Assembly: GCA_044225365.1 (NCBI GenBank)
Contig: JBGAIQ010000001.1
Coordinates: 192,001 to 256,000 of the forward strand
Length of the DNA: 64,000 nt
DNA from: Planctomycetota bacterium
GTDB taxonomy: Bacteria > Planctomycetota > B15-G4 > JADJEK01
Direction: 5' to 3'
This document shows, piece by piece, positions 17,511 to 27,753 of this stretch. Numbering within the stretch: the stretch's first letter is position 1; every line of letters begins with the position of its first letter. Below the pieces are notes generated by a model. The model did not search any database and was not told the origin of the DNA. It worked only from the letters and a program-made list of their open reading frames with translations. A program made the position numbers and the translations under genes.

Positions 17511-18220
17511 GTGGCGTGATGACGATCGCCCGCAAGGAATTCGGGACCTTCTTCAAGACGCCAGTCGCGTACATCGTGATCTGCGCCTTCCAGATCCTCG
17601 TCGGCTGGCTCTTCTTTGCGACCTACTTCCCGAGCAAAGAAGCGAGCATGCGCAACTTCTTCGAGTGGTTGCCGTTCACCTTCATGATCTTCGCGCCCGC
17701 GATCTCCATGCGGATGTGGGCCGAAGAACGCAAGATCGGAACCTTCGAGACGCTCCTCACATTGCCGGTCACCGACACGGCGATCGTGTGCGGCAAGTTC
17801 TTCGCGGCGATCGGACTGCTCGGTTCGATGTTGCTCCTGTCGACGCCGATCGCGCTCATCGTCGCCTACACCTCCGCCGCGCCGGTCGACGTCGGCCCGA
17901 TCGTCGGCGGCTATCTCGGCGCCCTGCTCCTCGGCGGCACGTACATCGCGATGGGACTCTTCGCGTCGGCCCTCACGGAGAACCAGATCGTCGGGTTCAT
18001 CCTCGGGCTGCTCTTCGCGAGCGTCTTCTACTTCATCGGACTGCCCGTGCTCTCGGGCGTCCTTCCGTCGTTCCTCGCCGAACCGCTGCGCCTGCTCTCG
18101 GTGAACTTCCACTTCGAGAACATCGGCCGCGGCGTGATCGACTCGCGCGACATCGTCTACTACGTCTCGATGATCGCCGTCTTCTTGATGGGCAACGTCG
18201 CGGCCGTCCGGCTGCGCTGA
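17507..18220 (+). CDS. ABC-2 type permease, GldF-like
   Basis: Six TM segments, MRMWAEERKIGTFETLLTLP; ATGA overlap with ATPase gene. Confidence 0.88.
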   Translation: MSGVMTIARKEFGTFFKTPVAYIVICAFQILVGWLFFATYFPSKEASMRNFFEWLPFTFMIFAPAISMRMWAEERKIGTFETLLTLPVTDTAIVCGKFFAAIGLLGSMLLLSTPIALIVAYTSAAPVDVGPIVGGYLGALLLGGTYIAMGLFASALTENQIVGFILGLLFASVFYFIGLPVLSGVLPSFLAEPLRLLSVNFHFENIGRGVIDSRDIVYYVSMIAVFLMGNVAAVRLR

Positions 18221-18241
18221 GGAAGAAGGAGCAAGACCAAC

Positions 18242-20170
18242 ATGAACAGCCGAAAGCGCTGCGGATCGTTCCTCCTCACCACGGCCCTCGTGGTCGCCAA
18301 CCTGATCACGTTCAACGTGCTCGGTTCCGGCCACTTCTCGCGGCTCGACATCACGCGCGACCGCCTCTACACGCTGCACCCCGCGACGAAGGAGCTCCTG
18401 CAGGGGCTCGACGATCTCGTGACGATGCGCGTGTATCTGTCGGAGAAGCGTTTCGCCGACAATCAGAACCTCTCGCAGATCCCGCGCGTCGTGCGCGACA
18501 TGGTCGAGGAGTTCGTCGCTCAGAGCAAGGGCCGCCTGAAGGCCACGTTCATCGACCCGACCGACAATGCGGAGAAGGAGCAGGAGGCGGAGAGCGCCGG
18601 GATCCACTCCGTCCAGGTCACTGGGATCGAGAAGGAACAGAGCGCGGTCTTCAAGGCCTACGTCGGCATCGTTCTGAGCTACGGCGGCAAGCCCGATCAA
18701 CGGATTCCCGTCGCATACTTCCAGAACGAGGAGTTCCGCCTCGAGCTCGAGCTCGCTCTCCTGATCTCGCGACTCACGCAGCGGGAGACGATTACTATCG
18801 GCGTCAACTCGGTGAACGAGATGCCCGAGGGCATGCCGCCGCAGTTCGCCCAGGGCTCGGACAAGTACGACCTCGATCAGGCCTACAAGGCGATGAAGGC
18901 CGAGCTCGAGAAGACCTATGAAGTCGAGAAGGTCCCCGTCGGAAAGCCGATTCCGGATCACATCCAACTCCTCGTGCTCGCGAACACCGAAGGGCTGGAC
19001 GACAAGGCGAAGTACCACATCGATCAGTACCTGATGAACGGGGGCAAGCTGATCGTGCTGGCTGCGGGAACGGACGTCGATCCTCGGATGGGTATGCCGA
19101 TGGCTCGCTCGGACGAGAACGACGAGTTCTTCCGACACTACGGGTTCTCGATCGACAAGAACCTGATCCTCGATCGCCAGGGGCTCACGCGATCCCCGTT
19201 CGAGCCTCCGCTGTATTGGGCGCCGGTGATGCTGGAGCGCAACTTCAATGCGGAGTCGACGCTGATGACGGGCGTGAAGCCGTTCGCGCTCCCCCTCTCG
19301 TCGTCGATCCACCTCAATCCGCCGGAGGGTGTTTCAGCGACCGTGCTGGCGCAGACGACTTCGTTGGCCTGGCAGCAGACCGGTGTCTTCACGCTCGATC
19401 CGACCGCGCCCCAGGCGAATCCGCCCGCGAATCCGGATGACTCGAAGAGCTTCGATACCGTCGGCCTGCTGGAAGGCGAGTTCACTTCGTACTTCACGAA
19501 CCGCAAACTTCCGGATGGCGTCGGTACGGCGGCAGCGGAACCGACGGCGACGGACATCATGAAGCAGATCGACCAGCAGGGTGGTGCTTCAAACACCCCG
19601 CCGCAGCCGGAAGAGAAACCCGCCGACAAGCCCGCCGACAAGAAGGACGAGAAGGGTGGCGGCAACGGCGGTGCTCTTCCCGCGCAGGATCCCGCCAAGG
19701 TGGAGCCTGCGAAGCAGGAGCCCGCCAAGGTCGAGACGCCCGCGCCGGCGGGGAACCCCGCTGCGAGCCCTCCCCAAGTTCCCACGCCCGCTCCGGGACC
19801 CGGAGCCGCGGTGCCACCGAACGGCGCGCCGGCGCCGCAAACGAGCACCACCTTCGTGAAGGCGAAGTCGCCGAAGACGCGAATCGTCGTGATCGGAAGC
19901 AACTACTTCCTCGCGAGCAACTTCTTCCAGGGCGTCCCTGGCAACTCCGAGTTCTTCCTCACGCTCGTCGAGCGCATGACGACCGGCTCGCGTCTCTCCG
20001 AGCTGCGCAATCGCACGGTCCAGCGGCCGTCGATCAAGGGTGACCTCTCGGGCACCTCGCAAGTCGTGATCAAGTGGCTCGGCATGCTCGGCATGCCGGC
20101 GCTCGTCGCGGCCTTCGGTCTCGTCTCCTGGTTGTTGCGCAAGAGCCGTCGCCCGGCCCTTGCGGTTTGA
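18242..20170 (+). CDS. GldG-like ABC auxiliary component
   Basis: RLDITRDRLYTL, YHIDQYLMNGGK, N- and C-terminal TM; long Pro/Ala-rich insert. Confidence 0.85.
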   Translation: MNSRKRCGSFLLTTALVVANLITFNVLGSGHFSRLDITRDRLYTLHPATKELLQGLDDLVTMRVYLSEKRFADNQNLSQIPRVVRDMVEEFVAQSKGRLKATFIDPTDNAEKEQEAESAGIHSVQVTGIEKEQSAVFKAYVGIVLSYGGKPDQRIPVAYFQNEEFRLELELALLISRLTQRETITIGVNSVNEMPEGMPPQFAQGSDKYDLDQAYKAMKAELEKTYEVEKVPVGKPIPDHIQLLVLANTEGLDDKAKYHIDQYLMNGGKLIVLAAGTDVDPRMGMPMARSDENDEFFRHYGFSIDKNLILDRQGLTRSPFEPPLYWAPVMLERNFNAESTLMTGVKPFALPLSSSIHLNPPEGVSATVLAQTTSLAWQQTGVFTLDPTAPQANPPANPDDSKSFDTVGLLEGEFTSYFTNRKLPDGVGTAAAEPTATDIMKQIDQQGGASNTPPQPEEKPADKPADKKDEKGGGNGGALPAQDPAKVEPAKQEPAKVETPAPAGNPAASPPQVPTPAPGPGAAVPPNGAPAPQTSTTFVKAKSPKTRIVVIGSNYFLASNFFQGVPGNSEFFLTLVERMTTGSRLSELRNRTVQRPSIKGDLSGTSQVVIKWLGMLGMPALVAAFGLVSWLLRKSRRPALAV

Positions 20171-20178
20171 GGTTCGCC

Positions 20179-21237
20179 ATGAAGAAGATCCATCTCGTCC
20201 TCTGTGGAATCCTGGCGCTGCAATTCGCGTTGCTGGCGGTCGAGAAGTTCACGAAGGCGGACTACACGCCGCACACGCCGATCAAGGGCGACAAGCTGTT
20301 CCCGGACGCCAAGTCCGATGCGATCATCGCGCTCAAGATCACGCAGGAGGGTCGCACCACCGAGCTGAAGCGCGAAGGCGAGAAGTGGGTGGTCGCGAGC
20401 GAGAAGAATGCCCTCGCCGACGTCCAGGCCTGCAAGAACGCGGTGCAGGAGCTCGAGCGCCTCGCGCCGGGATACATCGTCGCGGAGAAGCCGGAGAAGC
20501 ACGAGCAGTTCGAAGTCGCCGGCAAGAACGCCGTCGAGGTCACGGCGACGAACAGCGCCGGGGTAACGGTCGCGAACTTCATCATGGGCAAGACGACCCC
20601 GGACTTCCGCGGGGTCTACGTCCGCACGCCGCCCACGAGCACCGACGTCATGAAGGTCGACTCGAACATCCGGCCGATGTTCTGCAAGGACGACACCAAG
20701 GTCGGCGCCTGGCGCGACAAGTCGCTGTTCTCCGCCGAGCCGAAGGACATTCGTTCGTTCGAGCTGACGCGCGCCGACGAGACGATCTCGATCGAGCGCG
20801 TGCTGCAGCCGTCGAAGGAGAAGGGCAAGGAAGGTCAACTCGTCGCATCCGACGACGACACCTGGAACGTCACGAAGCCGATCACGGCGTCGCTCGACAA
20901 GTTCACGGGCGGCACGATGGCTCGCAACCTCGCCACCTTGAAGGCGGACGGTTTCGCTCCCGCCGACAAGACCGCGAAGGATTGCGGACTCGAGCCGCCG
21001 GTGGTGAAGGTCGTCGCCAAGCTCGAGAAGGGCGACACGCTCGAACTCGAGATCGGCAAGGACGACTCGGGCAAGGTCTACGCCCGCAAGCCGGGTGGCG
21101 AGATCGTGACGGTGCAGGCTTACCAGCTCTACAACTTCCAGAAGAAGTCGAGCGACTTCAAGCCCCCTGAACCGCCGAAGACCGATCCGCCCGCGAACGT
21201 GCCGGCTCCCGAGCCGCAGAAGCCGACCGGCGGTTGA
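20179..21237 (+). CDS. DUF4340-type periplasmic protein
   Basis: N-terminal anchor, duplicated domain, WRDKSL motif; usual fourth gene of GldA/F/G operons. Confidence 0.75.
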   Translation: MKKIHLVLCGILALQFALLAVEKFTKADYTPHTPIKGDKLFPDAKSDAIIALKITQEGRTTELKREGEKWVVASEKNALADVQACKNAVQELERLAPGYIVAEKPEKHEQFEVAGKNAVEVTATNSAGVTVANFIMGKTTPDFRGVYVRTPPTSTDVMKVDSNIRPMFCKDDTKVGAWRDKSLFSAEPKDIRSFELTRADETISIERVLQPSKEKGKEGQLVASDDDTWNVTKPITASLDKFTGGTMARNLATLKADGFAPADKTAKDCGLEPPVVKVVAKLEKGDTLELEIGKDDSGKVYARKPGGEIVTVQAYQLYNFQKKSSDFKPPEPPKTDPPANVPAPEPQKPTGG

Positions 21238-21250
21238 CCTCCGATCCCGA

Positions 21251-22111
21251 TCAGGCGTGCTTCGCGGCGATCGCAAGTCGCCACGTGCGTTGCGCTCTGC
21301 GGGACAACCGACGCGCGCGCAGATAGGCCGCGAGGACGTGGAGACGCTCGCGCCGACTCGTCACGCGATGCAGGGACTGCAGTAGCCGATAGAGATCGAT
21401 CGCGTCCTTCAGGTCGAGTCGCGCGCGATTCTCGAGGCGATAGCTCGACCGATCGAGATCCAGCAGCGAGAACCTCGGTGGCGCGGTCTCGAGCACGATG
21501 ATGTTCCCGGCCTTCAGGTCCCCGTGAGCGATGCCTCGGCGATGCAGGTCGGCGCAGAACGCGCCGACGGCTGCGAGGAACTCGCGTCGCCGCGAGTCGT
21601 TCGAGCGGAAGTCGACGAGCAACGCTTCGCGGACATCGCGCCGCGTGGGCAGGCCGACCATCGCGAGCGCCGACGGGCGCGGCCAGCGCGCCGGACTTCC
21701 CGGAACGTAGACGTGCATCGCGCCGAGATGCGGCGGCACGGCGATCCCGCGACGCTCGGCTTCGAGTCCATTCGTCAGCGCCCGGATCGCGCGCTTGCCG
21801 TATGCGAGTTCTTCGAGCCAGTCCTTCATGCTTCGCAGGCGATAGAGCTTCACGAACAGTCGCCCGCGTCGACCGTCGAACTCGACGTGGCGCCAGCCGA
21901 CCAGGCGTTTGCGTCGCCGGCGTCGCGCTTCCTTCTTCTTCGAGCGCGGCTTCTTACGGGAATCATGGGTGATGAAAGCGTCCGGATCCCGCAGCGCATC
22001 GACGACCGGAGCGGCCGGCCAGTCGACGCGATGCAGGATCCGGATGCTGTGCGATTCGCCGCGCTCCACCGTGATGGAGAGAGCGGCGCGTTCATCGGAC
22101 CGTGAGATCAA
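21251..22111 (-). CDS. Lipopolysaccharide kinase (Kdo/WaaP/InaA family)
   Basis: FVKLY, HGDLKAGNII, LLDLD kinase motifs; very basic; TTG start uncertain. Confidence 0.8.
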   Translation of the reverse strand: MISRSDERAALSITVERGESHSIRILHRVDWPAAPVVDALRDPDAFITHDSRKKPRSKKKEARRRRRKRLVGWRHVEFDGRRGRLFVKLYRLRSMKDWLEELAYGKRAIRALTNGLEAERRGIAVPPHLGAMHVYVPGSPARWPRPSALAMVGLPTRRDVREALLVDFRSNDSRRREFLAAVGAFCADLHRRGIAHGDLKAGNIIVLETAPPRFSLLDLDRSSYRLENRARLDLKDAIDLYRLLQSLHRVTSRRERLHVLAAYLRARRLSRRAQRTWRLAIAAKHA

Positions 22112-22130
22112 CCCGAGCTACCTCGAACGC

Positions 22131-23612
22131 TCACTTCGGCGAAACGCGGACCCAGACGCTCTTCACCTGCGTATAGAGCTCGAGCGCGTGGATGCCCATC
22201 TCGCGTCCGAAGCCCGATTCCTTGAATCCGCCGAACGGCGAAGCAGCGTCGAATTGGTTGTAGCAGTTGACCCAGACCGTTCCGGCGCGGATCTTCTTCG
22301 CGAGGTAATGGGCCTTGTCGATGTCCTTCGTCCACACGCCGGCCGCGAGTCCGTACTGCGTGTCGTTCGCGCGCCGCACGAGATCGTCGAGGTTCTCGAA
22401 CTCGAGCGCCGCGATGACCGGGCCGAAGATCTCCTCGCGCGCGATCTCCATGTCGTCGCGAACACCGTCGAACACCGTGGGCTGGATGAAGTAGCCGCGA
22501 TTGTTCGTCGCCGCGCCGCGCGCACTGCCGCCGCCACAGACCGCCTTCGCCCCCTGCTTCTTCCCGGACTCGATGAAGCCGAGGATCTTGTCGTACTGCT
22601 CCTTCGATACCTGCGCGCCCATGCGCGTGTTCGCGTCGAGCGGATTTCCGACGGCGAGCGACGCAGCCTTGTCGGCGAGCGCGCCGATGAACTGGTCCTT
22701 GATCTTCTTGTCGACGAAGAGCCGCGAACCGGCGCAACAGACCTCACCTTGGTTGAAGAACATGCCCATCATCACGCCGCGGATCGCCCCTTCGATATCG
22801 GCGTCGGGCAGGATGACGTTCGGCGACTTGCCACCGAGTTCGAGTGAGATCTTCTTCACGTTGCCGGCTGCCGTGCGCATCACTTCCTTGCCGACCTCGG
22901 TCGACCCGGTGAACGCGATCTTGTCGACTCCGCGATGGCCCGCGAGCGCGGCGCCCGCCGTCGGCCCGAAGCCCGGAACGATGTTGACGACGCCGTCGGG
23001 AACTCCGGCCTCTTGCAGGATCTCACCGAGGCGCAGGGCCGACAGTGGGGTCTGCTCCGCGGGCTTCAGGATCACGCAGTTGCCGGCCGCGAGCGCGGGC
23101 GACAGCTTCCAGCACGCCATGAGCAGCGGGAAGTTCCACGGGATGATCTGCCCGCAGACCCCGACGGGCTCGCGCATGGTGTAGTTCAGGAAATTGCCCG
23201 CGACGGGAATCGTCTCGCCGTGGATCTTCGTCGCGAACCCGCCGTAGTAGCGGAAGATGTCGGCCGCCAGGAAGGTGTCGACGTTCTTCGTCTCGAAGAT
23301 CGGCTTGCCGTTGTCGAGAGTGTCGAGCAAGGCGAGTTCGTCCTTGTGTTTGTCGATGAGCTCCCCGATCTTCCACACGATGCGACCGCGCTCGGACGGC
23401 GACATCTTGGACCACGGGCCTTCGTCGAAGGCCTTCCGCGCCGCGGCGACCGCAAGATCGATGTCGGCGGCATCGCCTTCGCAGACTTCGGCGAGTTTGT
23501 CCTCGGTGGCGGGATTGATCGTGGCGAACGTCTTGCCGGACTTCGCGTCGACCCATTTGCCGCCGATGAGCATCTTCTTCGGACCGGTCTTCAGGAAGGC
23601 GGGGAGATCCAT
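22131..23612 (-). CDS. NAD(P)-dependent aldehyde dehydrogenase
   Basis: PWNFP, FTGSTEVG, LELGGKS, QGEVCCAG, EEIFGP; AAGGAG RBS. Confidence 0.96.
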   Translation of the reverse strand: MDLPAFLKTGPKKMLIGGKWVDAKSGKTFATINPATEDKLAEVCEGDAADIDLAVAAARKAFDEGPWSKMSPSERGRIVWKIGELIDKHKDELALLDTLDNGKPIFETKNVDTFLAADIFRYYGGFATKIHGETIPVAGNFLNYTMREPVGVCGQIIPWNFPLLMACWKLSPALAAGNCVILKPAEQTPLSALRLGEILQEAGVPDGVVNIVPGFGPTAGAALAGHRGVDKIAFTGSTEVGKEVMRTAAGNVKKISLELGGKSPNVILPDADIEGAIRGVMMGMFFNQGEVCCAGSRLFVDKKIKDQFIGALADKAASLAVGNPLDANTRMGAQVSKEQYDKILGFIESGKKQGAKAVCGGGSARGAATNNRGYFIQPTVFDGVRDDMEIAREEIFGPVIAALEFENLDDLVRRANDTQYGLAAGVWTKDIDKAHYLAKKIRAGTVWVNCYNQFDAASPFGGFKESGFGREMGIHALELYTQVKSVWVRVSPK

Positions 23613-23888
23613 CTTCGAGCTCCTTTTCTGTTCGTGGCTTCGCGGTACAGGACCCCGTCGAGAATAAGCACTTCCCGGCCCCGGAGAACGCCCAATCCCC
23701 GATGCGTCGACGCGCCCAAGTCTCGTCGGTGGGAGTCAACCTGAGAAGGGGTTTCAGAATTCGACGGAAAGAGTCGAAGAATCCCTCGAGTCTCTCCGTG
23801 CCGGGTCGAAGGATCTGAAGTCGGAGAGCCGGAGTTCGGAACGCGACGTTCCGGATTCGCTCCGTGTGGAGATCGAGAGGAGGAGTCC

Positions 23889-24563
23889 ATGTACGATCCA
23901 GCCAAGGCGTTCTTCGTTCCCAAGGTCCATCCTGCGCAGCGTACGTTCCCGATCTTCGGGCACTATCGAGGCGGGACGTCGATGGTGGCGGGACTGCTCC
24001 GTCAGATGGGGTTGTACCTCGGCGAACGGGTCGATCCGGGCAACAACGAGGATCCGGACTTCCGCGATGCGCCGCGCGCGAAGCTCATCGAGATGATCCA
24101 TCGCCGCAATGCGGAGCACGATGTCTGGGGTTGGAAGGACCCGGGGCTCTATCGCACGATCGGTCAGGATTTCGGGCTGCTGCGGAACCCATTCAGCATC
24201 GTGATCCTGCGCGACGTGTTCGCTTGCGCGCAAGCCGAGTTGTGGCGGGGGCAGACCAACGACGTCTTCACGACGTTGCGTCGCAAGCAGGACGAGCAGT
24301 CGAAGATGATCTCGTTCATGGACCGCATCTATGCGGCGCGCCGACCGATGCTGGTCATCAGCTATGACCGCACGATCGTCAATCCGGAGCGTGCAGTCGA
24401 TCAGTTGATCGCCTTCACGGGATTGTCCGTCGACGAAGCGACCCGGCAGCGCGCAACAGCATTCGTTCAGCCCGAGCGCGGGAATGGCGATCCGACGATC
24501 GAACCCACTCCCCGCGAAGTGCTGAGTCGAGGTGTGGCCGCTTCCGAAGCCATCGCCGTGTGA
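23889..24563 (+). CDS. Sulfotransferase-like P-loop protein
   Basis: GHYRGGTSMVAGLL (PSB-loop-like) and WGWKDP; GGAG RBS. Confidence 0.7.
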   Translation: MYDPAKAFFVPKVHPAQRTFPIFGHYRGGTSMVAGLLRQMGLYLGERVDPGNNEDPDFRDAPRAKLIEMIHRRNAEHDVWGWKDPGLYRTIGQDFGLLRNPFSIVILRDVFACAQAELWRGQTNDVFTTLRRKQDEQSKMISFMDRIYAARRPMLVISYDRTIVNPERAVDQLIAFTGLSVDEATRQRATAFVQPERGNGDPTIEPTPREVLSRGVAASEAIAV

Positions 24564-24614
24564 GCGGCGCGCCTCGCGCTTGTGCGCCCATTCGCGGCTG
24601 CGTAGAGTTCCGGC

Positions 24615-25193
24615 ATGTCCCTGCTCGCGCTCTCGCAGACCGCCACCGTTGCACTATTGTCGGCCCTCTGGCTCGCTGGCTTCCTGCTGATCTGGCAGCT
24701 CATGCGCAGCCGACTGATGATGCTGGAGGAGAAGCTGCACGGCTTCGGCCTGCAGATCGATCACTTCCGTCGCGCCCATGAGGACCGTGCCGGAACGGGC
24801 ACGCCGGATCCCGGACGCGAGGGTCGAGCAGCGATCGCCGCGGAAGTCGCAAGGCTCTCCGAGGCGCTGGAGTCGGTTCGCGACGCGCAGGCCGAGGCTC
24901 GCGTCGCGCACTCACGCGCCCACGAGTTGATCGAGCGGCTCGCGGCGGACCTCGAGCAGGGTCGCGCCGAGCGCCTCGTCGATCGGATCAAGCTGCGTTT
25001 CTCCGCGCGCGGATTCAACGACGTTCGCGTCCTCGGCGACCTCGCTCCGGCGAGCGACCCGACGCGGTCCGGGTCGCTGCGCGTCCCCCTCGAGGGCAAG
25101 AAAGGCGGAGTCACGTACAAGGGATACGTCGTGATCGATGGCGGCCAGGTGGTCGACGAGAAGCTTACGTCGTCGCACGAGGCGTTTCCTTAG
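24615..25193 (+). CDS. Hypothetical membrane-anchored coiled-coil protein
   Basis: N-terminal TM, helical middle, small beta-rich C-terminus. Confidence 0.7.
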   Translation: MSLLALSQTATVALLSALWLAGFLLIWQLMRSRLMMLEEKLHGFGLQIDHFRRAHEDRAGTGTPDPGREGRAAIAAEVARLSEALESVRDAQAEARVAHSRAHELIERLAADLEQGRAERLVDRIKLRFSARGFNDVRVLGDLAPASDPTRSGSLRVPLEGKKGGVTYKGYVVIDGGQVVDEKLTSSHEAFP

Positions 25194-25276
25194 CGGGTTC
25201 GCCGACGAACGCTCGAACACCGACACCGGGCTGATACCATCATGAGCTCGATTCCCGACACCGAACGAGGTCTCCG

Positions 25277-26578
25277 TTGAGCGCGCTACCGCATGTCTAC
25301 GTCGACGAACTGGGCAAGTTCGTGGGGCAGCAGGTCGAGATCCGAGGCTGGCTCTACAACAAGCGATCGAGCGGGAAGCTCCACTTCCTCCAGGTCCGCG
25401 ACGGTACCGGGACGGTGCAGGCGGTGTGCTTCAAGGGCAACTTTCCCGAAGAGGTCTTCAAGAGCCTCGACACGCTTCCCCAGGAGTCCTCGCTGATCGT
25501 CACCGGAAACGTCAAGGCGGAGCCCCGTGCTCCGAGCGGCTACGAACTCGACTGCAACGGCGCGACGATCGTCACGCCAGCGGAGCCCTATCCGATCACG
25601 CCCAAGGAGCACGGCACCGGGTTCCTGATGGAGCAGCGCCATCTCTGGCTGCGCTCGGCGAAACAGCACGCGATCCTGCGGGTGCGTGCGCGGGTCGTGA
25701 AGGCGATCCGCGATTTCTTCGATGAGCGCGGCTTCGTGTGCATGGACTCGCCGATCTTCACGCCGTCGGCGTGCGAAGGGACGTCGACGCTGTTCAACGT
25801 CGACTACTTCGGGGACCCCGCCTATCTCACGCAATCGGGCCAGCTCTACGCCGAGGCCTCGGCGATGGCGTTCGGCAAGGTGTACTGCTTCGGCCCAACC
25901 TTCCGCGCCGAGAAGAGCAAGACGCGTCGCCACCTCACCGAGTTCTGGATGGTCGAGCCCGAAGTGGCCTACCTCGATCTCGATGGGCTCATGGTGATGA
26001 TCGAGGAGTTCCTGACCTACATCGTGAAAGCGGTGCTCAAGGACCGGATGCCCGAGCTGAAGACGCTCGAACGCGACATCAGCAAGCTCGAGAAGATCGA
26101 CACACCGTTCCCGCGCATCTCCTACGACCAAGCCGTGGAGATGTTGAACTCGAACGGCAACAAGTTCGAGTGGGGCGGCGATCTCGGCGCGCCGGACGAA
26201 ACCCTGATCTCCGAGAAGTTCGATCGACCCGTCATGGTCCATCGCTACCCCGCCAGCGTGAAAGCGTTCTACATGAAGCGCGATCCCAAGGACGATCGCG
26301 TGGCATTGTGCGTCGATACGCTCGCGCCGGAAGGCTACGGCGAGATCATCGGCGGTAGCCAGCGCGCCGACGATCTGAAGTTCCTCGAGGATCAGATCGC
26401 GAAGCACGAACTGCCGATGGAAGCGTTCAAGTGGTACCTCGATCTTCGGCGCTACGGCTCGGTCCCTCACTCGGGATTCGGCCTCGGCGTCGAACGCACG
26501 ACGGCATGGATCTGCGGAACGCATCACGTTCGTGAGTGCATTCCGTTCCCGCGCATGCTCGAGCGCATCACGCCATGA
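25277..26578 (+). CDS. asnS: Asparagine--tRNA ligase
   Basis: OB-fold, [46 protein letters not shown]. Confidence 0.96.
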   Translation: MSALPHVYVDELGKFVGQQVEIRGWLYNKRSSGKLHFLQVRDGTGTVQAVCFKGNFPEEVFKSLDTLPQESSLIVTGNVKAEPRAPSGYELDCNGATIVTPAEPYPITPKEHGTGFLMEQRHLWLRSAKQHAILRVRARVVKAIRDFFDERGFVCMDSPIFTPSACEGTSTLFNVDYFGDPAYLTQSGQLYAEASAMAFGKVYCFGPTFRAEKSKTRRHLTEFWMVEPEVAYLDLDGLMVMIEEFLTYIVKAVLKDRMPELKTLERDISKLEKIDTPFPRISYDQAVEMLNSNGNKFEWGGDLGAPDETLISEKFDRPVMVHRYPASVKAFYMKRDPKDDRVALCVDTLAPEGYGEIIGGSQRADDLKFLEDQIAKHELPMEAFKWYLDLRRYGSVPHSGFGLGVERTTAWICGTHHVRECIPFPRMLERITP

Positions 26579-27636
26579 CCGATTCCGCGACGGCGCACGA
26601 GCGACTGCTCGCGCGACTGCGCGCTCCGGGATTGCGCAAGCGCCTCGAGCAGCGAGCGACGCTCCACCGCGCGATCCGCGCGAGCTTCGACGCGGCCGGT
26701 TTCCTCGAGGTCGAGACGGGACAGCTCGTCGACGAGCCAGGTCAGGAACCCACGCTCGATCCATTCCGTTGCGGTAGCGACGTCGCGAGCGAGGTCCGCT
26801 ACCTCATCACGTCGCCGGAGTTGCGGATGAAGCAACTCCTCGCGGCGGGATACGGACGAATCTACGAACTCTCGCATTGCTTCCGTTCGGGACTGGGGGA
26901 GACGTCGCCGCTCCACAATCCCGAATTCACCCTGCTCGAATGGTATCGGGCAAACGAAGGCGAAGACGCCATCGCGCACGATGTCGAGCGCACGATCGTG
27001 GACGGTGCCCGCGCCCTCGGAGTGGGGGATGTCCTCGTTCGCGGCGAGCATCGCGTACGGATCGATTCCGGACTCGAACGTATGTCGGTACGGGATGCGT
27101 TCGACCGCTACGCCGGCGTCGATCTCGAGCCATTCCTCGATGGTGATGCCGCCGGTTTCCGAGCGGCTTGTTCCCGGGCCGGAATCGCCGATCGGCCCAC
27201 CGACGTCGATGCGACATCGCTGTTCTTCCGCGTGATGCTCGATCGCGTCGAGCCGAGGCTCGGAACGACGCGGCCAACGCTGCTGCATTCCTACCCGGCG
27301 AGCATGGCCGCCCTCGCGCGCATCGATTCCGCCGATCCGCGGATCGCGCGTCGTTTCGAGCTCTACATCGCCGGAGTCGAACTCGCGAACGGGTTCGTCG
27401 AACTCACGGACGCGAACGAGCAGCGCGCTCGTTTCGTCGAGGAGCGCAAGGTGAAGGTGGCGAGCGGGCGCGATCCCGGAGTGTTCCCAGATCGTTTCCT
27501 GCGCGCCCTTGCGCACGGCATGCCGCCCGCGTGCGGGATCGCGCTCGGAGTCGATCGCTTGCTCATGCTCCTGTCGGGAGCCGCGAGCGTGACGGAACTT
27601 CTGGCGTTTCCCGAGGCGATGCTGCGCGAGACGTGA
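26575..27636 (+). CDS. epmA: EF-P lysine aminoacylase (EpmA/GenX/PoxA)
   Basis: LysRS-like catalytic domain without anticodon domain; [34 protein letters not shown]. Confidence 0.9.
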   Translation: MTDSATAHERLLARLRAPGLRKRLEQRATLHRAIRASFDAAGFLEVETGQLVDEPGQEPTLDPFRCGSDVASEVRYLITSPELRMKQLLAAGYGRIYELSHCFRSGLGETSPLHNPEFTLLEWYRANEGEDAIAHDVERTIVDGARALGVGDVLVRGEHRVRIDSGLERMSVRDAFDRYAGVDLEPFLDGDAAGFRAACSRAGIADRPTDVDATSLFFRVMLDRVEPRLGTTRPTLLHSYPASMAALARIDSADPRIARRFELYIAGVELANGFVELTDANEQRARFVEERKVKVASGRDPGVFPDRFLRALAHGMPPACGIALGVDRLLMLLSGAASVTELLAFPEAMLRET

Positions 27637-27753
27637 GGGAAGCGCTCGCGGCGCGCGTCACCGTGCGCGCGAAGGTGCGTTGGGGGAGCGCGGACGGCCC
27701 GCAAGCGCGGGACTCACCGTCCATCTCCCTTCACACGTTCCTCGGAGCTCTCC

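Noticed and set aside
23613-23888. Hairpins in the ALDH/sulfotransferase divergent gap as an ncRNA
   Set aside because: Short stems, no terminator U-tract and no strand-specific evidence
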